DNA of 64,000 nt. Source: Paragordius varius. Its lineage: Eukaryota > Animalia > Nematomorpha. The position numbers and the translations under genes are program-made. This document shows, in pieces, positions 53,152-64,000 of this stretch. The notes beneath the pieces are model-generated. The model saw only the letters and a program-made list of their open reading frames with translations, made no database searches and was not told where the DNA came from. Each line of letters begins with the position of its first letter. The stretch's first letter is position 1. The DNA is taken from NCBI GenBank assembly GCA_964247055.1, contig OZ176056.1, positions 3,968,001-4,032,000 on the forward strand, given 5' to 3'.

Positions 53152-53400
53152 TAAATAGTGATGCTAGAAAGTCGCCGGGTTCGAAGACTTGTGTCAAAAC
53201 CCCTACCTATTTATGCCTACATTCGTTACACGTTTCAGAATTCACCTATCTATTCATTTCTGACAGCGAGAGATTTTGAAAATAATATGGGACAGGCAAT
53301 TGATACCGGATTAAATGGGATTGTAAATACTATTTATTATTTATAAAATATTATATTTTATTTAATGTTCCCTTATATTAGGGATGTACAACACGGTTTT
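46790..53400 (+). repeat. Tandem segmental duplication, unit 1 (aligned part), homologous to 55830-64000
   Basis: Colinear exon, intron and intergenic similarity: 46793 to 55835, 47106 to 57950, 48345 to 59207, 50057 to 60895, 50948 to 61761, 51486 to 62310, 52635 to 63295, 53159 to 63767. Confidence 0.95.
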
Positions 53401-55457
53401 TATAAAAAATTTCAATCAAAAATTTTCAATATATAAATCATCCTAAATTGGGCTCAAAACAAAAAAATGCCAAAAATTACCAAAGCAGTCGCAATGATTC
53501 TATATTGGACATCTCTGATTTATAATTATTTTATCGCATGTAAAATTAAAATTTAATTGGGCAGCACTTCGCTATGAAGTAATAGAAATAATCGATTTGA
53601 GTTTCTTTTTATTTGTTTGACTGCAAAAACAAAAGAATTGTTTGAAACTAATGGACATAAATATATTTGTAAAACAATCTGGAAAGTGCAAATATTTTTC
53701 ACCTACTAGCATTATTGGTATTCTTTTTGAAAACCCTTTTGAGTTTACACGTTTTCATATTAAGGTCCATTCAAAATTTCGATAAATGGGAATAAAATTT
53801 GATCCTAATTTAATATAAAAATTAGATATTGTTATGCATATATGCTAGAAGATATAACATATTGGACATAGTTTTTAACGCAATTTCTAATATGCGAAAA
53901 TTTGACGGGTTATATAATGTTTATTAAAATATATATCTAAAACCATAACAGAGGTGTATACGGGCCAAGAAAAAATATGTAATGTTTTTACACGTTTTAA
54001 TTATTATTTAGATTATTTGGGGTTCTCATTCCGATTTTGGTGATTGCGAAAAGTTAGCCGAATACATGAAAACTACGTTAGGGCCTATTGCTGCAAAAAT
54101 GTTGAAGTACTCAAAGGGTAGGATACATATAATATTGTTTTTCTTCAATCGCTGTATTTTTTATGCATTTTTGCGTATACATAAGTAATGATAACTGAAT
54201 CTATAAATGGGAAAGGCTTTTAAGATTAGCGCAAACAGATTGCTTAATTTATTTTATGGTATTTTGGAATATGGTTGAAAGGGTATAAAACAATAAAGCA
54301 TTTAGAAAACTCTTTTCATATTAATTCGATGATGCTAAATATATCTATAAGCTTAAGTTTTTCAATAATTTCGTTGGCCTTCGAAATTTACAATTTATAT
54401 GTAATTTCCATCCTATGACGAACGAATTTAATCTGTTGATATGAAAGTTATTAAATTACAAATAATATACCTTTTATGGTATCTTAATATGCCTACATAC
54501 CGTTTTAACCATACTTCAAAATAACATCAACCAAGTTTCAACAGAACTTTGCTTAATTATAATCAAAGCAAAGTATGCACTTTTAAAAGAATTATTTATA
54601 TTAAAATCATAATCTAACATATAATAAAAATGTTGCGCAATTTTGGCACTTTTACTCAAAAAATACCGTTTTTTTGGGTTAAAAAATTTAATAGTTTTGA
54701 TCAGAACTCAAAATTTAATTTTGTAAATATATATGCAATCTATTATTTGTGTCATGCATAGTGCACACAAAAAATTATTGAAAAATTGTGTCAGGTTCTC
54801 ATAAAATGCTTTTGTTTTAAGGCTTACGAGTCATTTGTAAAATTTTTCCACTGAAAATTGCTGGTTATATTAGCGGATGCTCATTATTTTATAAAAAAAG
54901 CTTAAAGTTGATTACTCCACAGACAGTGTGTCAGATGCATCACCATTTTCATGGCTGAAAACATGAATAATATAAATACGGTCATAAAAATCAATGTGCG
55001 TGCTGACCAAAAAGTTTAGAAGGCCGCAGTCTCAAGGGCTGCGAATCATATACCTATAAAAGTTACATAGCTGCTTGACACATTCGCAAATGCTGCCAGC
55101 CAATATAAATATATCAACAAAATGAACAAACAGAGCCATAAAGCACTTTTAACATGCGGCCCATGGGCAGCGGTTTAACTATCGCTGGTTTATAGAGTTT
55201 AACACAAGTTTTAACCGAAATTTGTATTTTTAGCCAATATAAGTTTACATTTTTGCTTGATTATTATATTTATATTAATATTTATAGCGTGCAATGCCAT
55301 AGTATGTAATTCCACGACCCAAACAAATAAACGATGCATAAATAGATTGTTTTTGGGTGAATCCAGTAAACATATACTTCCAAATGCATATGCCAAGTTT
55401 TGGGATATTCCAAATTACGATGAAATTGTCAACTTTCCAAATTATGCTTGTCGATGA
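50057..55457 (+). pseudogene. GH56 hyaluronidase/chondroitinase copy 1, complete through the C-terminal Cys-rich exon but with a 1-nt frameshift (real lesion or assembly indel)
   Basis: Exons: 50057-50151 (FQIIWNAPTEVC), 50610-50876, 50948-51025 (GLAVFDMEEY, catalytic D-x-E), 51486-51667 (RPKALWGYWGYPKC), 52635-52789 (ALFPAMY), 53159-53322, 54012-54117 (IIWGS..LGP), 55288-55457 (CNAIVC..RC..YACR*). In the 50610 exon, AGA GAA CCC TAG gives an in-frame stop at 50764-50766; copy 2 reads AGA AAT ACG CTA GAA, one base longer. Confidence 0.85.
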
Positions 55458-56024
55458 AAATTTTAATTATCAAAAATCTTATGTTTATGGTTAATAAATA
55501 ATTCTTATTGTTGTTCACATACATTACTTTTATAGGTAATTTCTGAATTTTGCGCAATTTTATAAATATTCCCAATAAAAAAATCTTTTTAATTGTTGAT
55601 TATCATTTTAGCGATATTAATCGATAAAGCTAAAATGTTTGTCCATGTATTATGCGATTTGAAATATTCAAATTTTTGACACTAATTATTTACATTATCA
55701 AGGATCAGATTTTTTTAATGTATATGAACGGAATTTAAAATAATTATTTCGTTTAATATGAATTCTTCTTTGAACTAATAAATCGGCATTAGGGACATTA
55801 TTTATAGTGTGGCTACTATTCCTTTTTAAACTTTGGAGATCATAAAACCCTCATATTTTAAATTCAATCCGGCTTTATTGTTTGAATTTATAAGGTTTTA
55901 TAACTGAAATCTTTTTACTACATCTTTTTTCCGATTACAAAACTGTCTCTTGAGTATGATTGAAAATCCATTGTTCCCTGCTGATGTTAATAAAGTAATA
56001 ATTCATGCAATTAATAATAGTCAA

Positions 56025-57932
56025 TCTATATATTTATAAAAATGTAAAATGCTGGCTTTGCGATCTGTTCCGGAAAACCGATAGACCCATAAAATCGTGT
56101 CTTTGAGACAATTTTCCGGAAAACGGGTTAGACCATTCAATTTCAATTATATATTTTTTAGTTTCGATTGCGCCGAACGTAATCGGCTCGCTTTTTTAAA
56201 TTAGGCCCTCTTTTTACCCATGTTCCCTGAAAAATTGTCAAAAATATTTTTTTTAATCTATTTTTCGTCCAAGGTATACCGTAAAGTTTGGAGGATTCCA
56301 GGTATTACCTGTTAAAAGCTAAAAATTTTAGTCGTGTGTTTATATTGGCTGCCGGGTAAGGAAACCCTCTAAAAACTGCCACATCGAAATAGCGTGACTA
56401 TGGGGCTATATTTCATAAGAGGCATAAATTTAAGTAGCGCAGTTTTTAATGCTTAGCCCTTAATTAGGCCCTTCACGGAAAAATGCGCAACCATCAATTT
56501 TTTAGTTTTAAGGCAATTTTTTTATAACTAATGAGAGCATATCATGAATTTAGGTATTCTCCGAAAAAAGGCAAATAAAAATTGCGTTGTTTAGGAGTTA
56601 ATTTTAAGAAAACTTATAAGGCCATATAAGGCAATTAAGTCGAACGGTTATTAACTAGCCGTTCGCCTTAAAAATGCGCTATCATTTTGTTATTTAGTAT
56701 TGAATCCCCTCAAACTAAGAACATATGGAATGAATGATTCCATTTCTTTATAAAGGAAAAGTTATGAAACGTCATTTTTTATATTTGACTCTGAGTAGGA
56801 GGCCACCCGCCTATAACTTCGCCATCATATCGATAAAGCGTGACTTTGGAGGCATGTTAGAAAATTTATCACGCCATATAATTTCAAATAGGGCCTGAAA
56901 TATTACCCCTAAAAAGGCAAAAATTTGAATATAGGGGTTTTATCAAATTACCCCTTAATTAGGCCCTTCCTGAAAAATGCGCCACCATAATGAATTTTTG
57001 GATATGAAGCAATTTTTTGAAATCCCACGAGAGCATATGGAATATATTATTATTCCAGGTATTACTCGAATTAAAGCAAAAGTATTAATCGAGCGTTTTT
57101 TGTATCACCCCTGGTTAGAAGGCTACCCGCGTAAAACCGCGTCATCATATCGATACAGCATGCCTTTGGAGCCAAATTTCAGAAAACCTATAAGACAGTT
57201 CAATAAAGGCCTAAAATATACCCTTAAAAAACAAATATTTTAGTATAGGGGGTTATTTCAATAAGTCGCTTTCTAAAGTTTTACGCCTTAAAAAATAAGC
57301 CGCCATAGTATGATATTTTTGTTTTGAAGTATATTTCCAAGAACTTAAAGGATATAAATCCATGATAATTGTAGATATTCCCCGTATAAAGGCATAAATT
57401 TGACCCAACTTTTTGAACATGCCCCTGATTAAGGAGCCCGCCAAAAATGCGATACTATATATAAATTGCGTTGTTTTGGAGCTAATTAACAGAATGAAGC
57501 CATATAACATCACTTAAATGCTTGAAATATTACCCGTAAGGGGCTTTTATGCCCTAAATATACGCCATCATATAAAGATTATTAGTGCTGAGGTATTTAA
57601 TAACTTATAAGACGATGTTATCAAAGATGAATCCAAATATTTGTCCGATAGCAAAGAAATTAACTCAACGTTTTCTCCATATAGGTCTATGGGTAGGGGT
57701 CAGGTTAAAAATTTTGACGCCATATAAGAATGGCGTGGTTTTGGAGCTAATTTCCAAAAACATAAAAAGTCATACGAATTCAATGGCTTTAAATACCATA
57801 AAAAGTGGTCAGTTTGGGGCTTATCAGTTATATTAGTATGAATGCACGATTTTAAAAATTGAAGCACTGTTTTGAAAATCATATAAGATCATATTTATTG
57901 AATAAAGTTTCGAAATAGTCTATACATATGGA
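56025..57932 (+). mobile_element. Non-autonomous Helitron-like element C (same family as A and B), inserted in the first intron of X'
   Basis: The 5' end is A|TCTATATATTTATAAAAATG at 56025. The sequence is the reverse complement of element B as far as the GATC at ~57931-57934. It is absent from the matching intron of unit 1. Confidence 0.7.
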
Positions 57933-57949
57933 TCATACTATATTTCCAG

Positions 57950-59284
57950 CGCTAAATTTGAATAAAACTTCGATAATGAATGATTTGGTAACGGGGACTC
58001 ATATCAAACATTTGAAACTGATAACTTTTTTCAACAATTCCAAACCAACCACCATAATAGCGATAATGATAATATAATTAAATGGTTTAATTTAAGCGCT
58101 TTTGTAAAAAGCGAAAATAAAGGCCCAGTTTATGATATAAATGAATATCTTAACTTTCTACGAAATAACATGAAAACTGTAAATAGCAATACTAACCTAA
58201 ACAATGGAGAAGATCCTTTGTTTGATGGATCAGGGAATGGAGAGAAATGGAAAAATAGGGATTTTTTTAGCCCAAACTTTAATGAAACTAGCAGTCATCA
58301 ATTAGAGGTTCTTGAAACCAAAAATCCTAGCAGTCTTGAAGTAAAGGAACTAAACGACCAATTCGTAGAAAAGACAGATGACAATCATGGTGTGATTAGC
58401 CTTCTAAATTCTTACATACACCTGGCTTATGAAAATATTTGGAATTATCTTTTCGCCAAAAATACTCGTGATATCGGTGCCCAAAATGATAAAAATTTAG
58501 TTTTTCAAGATTATTACAGCAATAATAACAATAATGCAAATCAGTATGATAATATACGTAATCAACGGTTTAAGGAACCCTTGAACGAAATATTCCCCCT
58601 TTCCACACCGGAAACATTTAAAAAATTAGGGATTAAGTTTGAAGAAAATGCCATATTATCCGCAGTAATTCTAAGATCATTCAGTATTTATGTTGATGCT
58701 TTAAGTCACATAACCATGGGACAATTTGTTTTGGATCTTAATATTGTTTTCGTCTCTCATAATACGCATGAACACGGAGAAAACTTAAATGAAGCAAAAA
58801 TGTTGGGCAGAAAATCGAATGTCAAAACTAATTTAGAAGAAACCCTTTTAATTAATGTATGATATTTTTTTTACTTAAAATACATTTTTACGGAAAATAC
58901 TTTTTTATGTGAAAATAACCAAAACATTAAAATGGGTAAAAAATATGTTACTTGTCTCAAGGGCCGTAAAATCGATAAAAATTTCATGGATGTTTGACAA
59001 GTCTGCAGAATATTTATGCCCTAAATAAGTATATTAAAAAAATTATATATTACTTCTTTAGAATGGGGTTTTGATAGTTTTTATGTAAACTATACTCATA
59101 ATAAAGTTAAATAAAAGATTTTCCATTTTTTAGTAAATTATTACTAAAAATCTTTAAAATAAAGGATGAATTAATTCGTTTTTAATGTTATATCTTTTTA
59201 ATTTAGGTTGGCCCTAGCGATGGAAATAAAGTCCATTTTGTTATATCGAAAGCAACAAATATTTTAACCCAAAATCACAATTAA
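57950..59284 (+). pseudogene. X' paralogue: exon 2 (57950-58856) and exon 3 (59207-59284); no signal-peptide exon found; 4-nt frameshift deletion at ~58010
   Basis: Copy 1 ACAGCTATTTGAAA corresponds to copy 2 ACATTTGAAA. The upstream frame ends at TAA near 58076-58080, and the downstream frame has TGA at 57981. No homologue of exon 1 is visible between 55457 and 55830. Confidence 0.7.
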
Positions 59285-60894
59285 ACGCATTTTTGATTTG
59301 ATTATTATCATACAAATATATGGAATACATTTTTTCAGATCTTATATTCAATATCATCACATCTTTTTTCACCAAAATAAATTAATCATTTATCCATATT
59401 AACAACTTTTTAATATAAATTTATTTAATTATTATTATAATTTTTACCACAATAAATAAGGTACAAATTATATTTATTGAATATCACTTAATATCACTTA
59501 TTAAATGTTATTAAACCACAGACTATAACGCGGTTCAGTTTAGCGGTTCCGGGTAAAATAACCCCTGTTTGAAAAAATATTTTAAGGAATTCTTTCCGAT
59601 TCCATTCTTTTGTTGGTCGATCCGATTTCGATTTTGGCTTCCTTTTTTCAAATCACACATACCTTAATAAACTAAATAATATTTAATGGTGCGCTACTTT
59701 TCTCTGAAAGTCAAAAAAAGATACTTCTAAAACTAAAAGATTAAAAATAATGTTTTTGATGTTCGAAACCGTAATTGGTTTAAAACTAAAAGAAAAAATA
59801 AGTCTCTTATGAAATTATTTTTTCCCTACATTGTATATAACATGTTTCTTTATATAATTCACAGTTTGTATTGATAAAAATTTTGTTATTGATTATATTG
59901 TGGGAAACCCAATCATTTTTATTGAAAATAAAAGTAAATTGGATTTTGGACGTATTAAGTGCAGGGTTTAAGGTTTATTATTGAATATCTATCCTTGCTT
60001 AATTTATTTACAAAGATGGTTAGTTCATGAATAATAAATTATATTAAAGGTATATATAGCACACAGATATTCAAGGGCATTTTTATTTATATATTAAATA
60101 TATTTTTTAAAAGATTTTTTAAATCATAAGCCAATCCAATTAAACATTTTGGATTATTTAATTTATCATATTTGTATAATTTTGCAACAATTGATTGTCA
60201 TTAATTGTTAGTAATATTGTAATATTTTAAAAATAATCAACCAGCGTAATGATTTTATTATTGAAATTGACTGTGGAAATATTTGCTATTATTATGGTAA
60301 GACAAATTTATATTTCTTTCATACATATTCAAACGTTCAAAATTAACTCTTGAACATTTCAAATTTAACATTTTTGAGGAGTCGAATTAACCCTTAAGAT
60401 AGTTTTTTTTGTAATTTTTATTTGAATTCTTTACTTTCATTGATATAAAAATAAAATTAAAAATATGGTAAACTATGCCAAAAACAAATTTTTTCGATAA
60501 TAAATTAATTTAAAAATATTTATTTAAGGGGGAATTCGAATTAGGTCGAATAAGATATGTTCAAAGGTTTTTTTGCAAATTAAGCGATAAAATAATAGTG
60601 GTTCAATAAACCCAGTGATATTTTATTTGTATCTGGTTTCGAAAAATTAATTAATTACAACTAAAGAAACACTTTCTTATTGTAAACGCACGCCATAACA
60701 ATAATTTATAACAAATAAATAGCTTATCGATATAAGAATAATTTAGTTAGGTTTTAAATATAATATGCTTTTAAAATTGAGCATTCTAATGTTCATTATG
60801 CTGTTTTAAGACTCAAAATTATTTTTGAAATTATTTAATCTTAGATTGAGTCTTATTTTATGGCCTGTAAAAATTATATCATTGAACCTTTAGA

Positions 60895-63800
60895 TTCAAA
60901 CAATGATACCAGGTTTAAAAAGCACTACTTTAAGCCCCTCCGACTTTCAAATCATTTGGAATGCGCCCACAGAAGTTTGTGGAAAACGGTAAAATACTAT
61001 GTACCTTAAAATTATTTACAAAACATGACCAATTATTTAATATAATTTTTGTTTAATATTGAGGCATGGTAAAGGCGGTATATAAAATAATTAGGATATC
61101 TTACTAAAATATTAGTCCAAGGTGCATTTATGGTAACCTATAATATCGAAAGAATACTAACCAAATTTAAATCATTGAACCCAGATGATGAAATTTAAAC
61201 GATTCTGAAATGGCTTATCGTATATAACTAATTAAAAAAATATATTTTTACAAATACTTAATCCAAAAATATTGTCAAGAATATTTTAATAGATAGCAAA
61301 CAGAAAAGGTTTTAACCATGTTGGGGTTCGTATAAACCATAAGATCAAATAAAACATATCGAAATCACCAGATTTTAAGTGTCAAAACTAAACAAATCAC
61401 ATTTTTAATTTACATCAGATATGGTCATAATTTGAATCTCTCATCGTATGGGATCATTGCAAATAATGGAGAACGATGGAACGGGGAATTAATTAATTTG
61501 CTCTATATAACTCAAATGGGTCTGTGGCCTCGGTTAGTTGTAAGAAATTCCCGAAATAAATCCAGAAATACGCTAGAAATTGATGAAATCATCAACGACG
61601 GTCTACCACATAAAGCTAATTTACAAGCACATTTTCAAAAATTAAAATCTGATATTAACAAATATATACCTGACCCTAATTATTCGGTAGATATATTAAA
61701 TTAACACTAATTTTATTGATCATAATTCTAACTTTTTATTGTAATTGTTATTTTCTCAAGGGATTAGCCGTATTTGATATGGAGGAATATTTACCCAATT
61801 GGAACAACATGCGCTTTGGTACCTACCTAAAATACTGGGTATTTTTGTAATTTAATGTATTCCCTTTGTGTTAAATTTGAGTTATAATTTAAATAAATCA
61901 AAACATTTAATACTATTACATTATTTTTAAAATTATCCCTTAAACGACAATAATAATTGAGAATTAGTATAGGAAGTTATTTTATTCTCCTATTTCCAAT
62001 TTAGATATCGGAAATTTTTCAGTATATTAGTGGCTCTAATGCCATACAACTAATATAAATGAACTGGCGAAAATGTGCAAAAGAGCTGATAATTTTAGTT
62101 TTTTGGGTGGTAATATTAAAAATATTTAAAGACAATTTTTTTGTTAAAAGGTTCACAAAATTATTTGAATATCTTCACACAGATTGATAGTTGCGGTTTC
62201 AGATGCACTATTTCAATCATAAAAAGATTAGTTTGAAAAATATAATAAATTTTATTACTTTTAAGGAATTTAATTTAGTTAACCTTCTTTTTTATATTTT
62301 TCTATTAAGCATTATGCCCAAAAGATATACAAATCGGAACATCCCAATGTTAATAAAAGCTATGCAATAACTTATGCAGGAAAGGAATTTGAAGCTGGAT
62401 TAAAGCATATGATTTTAGAAACATTGTTCAAAGCCAAAGCTCAAAGACCCAAGGCGCTTTGGGGTTACTGGGGTTATCCCAAGTGTACCAGGTTTAAAAC
62501 ACAGATGACTTGATATACATAATTAATTTTATATATTACTTAGGTTATTACACAGTCTAAAGTAATTGGGCATTTTTATAGGATGGGCATAAAATCTTAT
62601 TTCCTTAAACACATCCAATTCATAAAAAATTCACCCATGAACATTCAATTTATTCATCCTTAAATTTTAGTTTTTTAAGGTAAATAAAACCGAAGCGATA
62701 TTACTTTAAACAAAGTTTAACATTTTTTCTCCTTTATGACTTTTTTCATAAATGTTGAAAAACATTTTTGAAAAGGTCAAATAGGTAATATTTCTTTCAA
62801 AAAGCCTAATAAAGTTTCATTCAAATTGATTGAATACGCGAAAATATGTACGCAACCTTTATTTTGGCCAATGGCAGAAAGGAAAATATATGTTTTTTTA
62901 ACATTCTGAATCAGGTTTACAACACAAATGACTTGGTGGGCCGGACATTCGGATTAAAAAATTCGATGGGCTGCATTCGTAAAAATATGGTTAATTGACA
63001 AATATTTTATTAGCTATAAAAGATAAGACTGTAAAAAATACCATTTATTTAAATAATTTTAGCTATTTTATTGCTGAAATTCGAGACTTATGCAAAAAAT
63101 TTGTTCAAGGACAGTTTTTTTAACATTAATTTTGCAAAATTTTATTTAAAGTTTTTCGCGGGCTGGAAAAATATTTCAGAGAGCTTGATGCGGCCACTGG
63201 CCACAGGCCTCGGACACCCTTGTTATAAGTAAATCAAAATGATGTTACTAAAAATTGGAGAGATGTAATATTAAATATTTTTTTGAATTTACAGGACTTT
63301 AAATGATTTACAATGTGATTCGGTTAAACGTAGACAAAACAATGAAATAAAATGGATGTTTCATCATTCCGAAGCCCTATTCCCCGCCATGTATTTGAAT
63401 GAAAAAGCCCTGCCTGATGTGGAACATCGTGGCATATTTATGATAAAGAGTACAAATTTCTAATTTTAAAATTTTAAAGTTTAAAACATATTTTGAGGAA
63501 TTATTTGTTTTCAGTGAAAATTATAATACTCATACAGACATATGAGACAAATATATATTTTCAAAGACAACCACTTGATTTTTCAATCATAAATTTTTGA
63601 TTACAATTGAATTATGTTAAAATTTACATTTTTATTTCTTATTTTACAAGTTAAAACAAAGAGTTAGTTTAAGTTTTAACATGTATAGGGCTGTATTGAA
63701 AAATATTTGTCTTATGTTGTTTTCTTTAAATAATTTTTTTTACTATTTATATATATATAAATATAGTGATGCTAGAAAGTCGCCGGGTTCGTAGACTTGT

Positions 63801-63930
63801 GTCAAAACCCCTACCTATTTATGCCTACATTCGTTACACGTTTCAGAATTCACCTATCTATTCATTTCTGACAGCGAGAGATTTCGAAAATAATATTGGT
63901 CAGGCAATCGATACCGGATTAAATGGGATT
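60895..63930 (+). CDS. GH56 hyaluronidase/chondroitinase copy 2, open across all exons seen, continuing beyond the window
   Basis: Exons 60895-60988, 61419-61686, 61761-61838, 62310-62491, 63295-63449, 63767-63930, all phase-consistent. Changes relative to copy 1 in the 62310 exon are mostly synonymous (6 synonymous, 2 replacement, counted by eye). Confidence 0.88.
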
Positions 63931-64000
63931 GTAAATACTATTATTTATAGAATATTATTTTTTAATTAATTAATGTTCCCTTATATCAGGGATGTCCAAC

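Noticed and set aside
55257-55457. Small secreted protein with a hydrophobic N-terminus (track ORF)
   Set aside because: The hydrophobic start is AT-rich intron sequence before the acceptor at 55287. The rest is the phase-1 terminal exon of hyaluronidase copy 1.

Overview
AT-rich, intron-rich animal (invertebrate-like) genomic DNA; the taxon cannot be determined from the sequence. I built gene models by hand from GT-AG splice sites, reading phase and remembered family motifs. On the minus strand: an RPA43/POLR1F-like gene (7.7-8.3 kb) that needs a 24-nt intron, a neprilysin-like M13 zinc peptidase (9.8-22.2 kb, 5' end and a few middle exons unresolved), and a C3G/RAPGEF1 orthologue (26.6-38.6 kb). 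On the plus strand: a tandem segmental duplication (about 46.8-55.5 kb and 55.8->64 kb). Each copy carries an orphan secreted Asn-rich ORF ('X') followed by a GH56 hyaluronidase, and the two copies have complementary lesions. Mobile DNA is dense: a mariner remnant, Helitron-like elements with ~157-bp internal arrays, piggyBac-, Tc1- and hAT-type MITEs, RTE-like LINE fragments and (TA)n tracts. The top leads are (1) a complete HDV-like ribozyme fold at 6033-6098 sitting between two (TA)n tracts, (2) the 24-nt intron, and (3) the X/hyaluronidase locus, which may be a single gene of unusual architecture. No database searches were run; family assignments rest on motif recognition.
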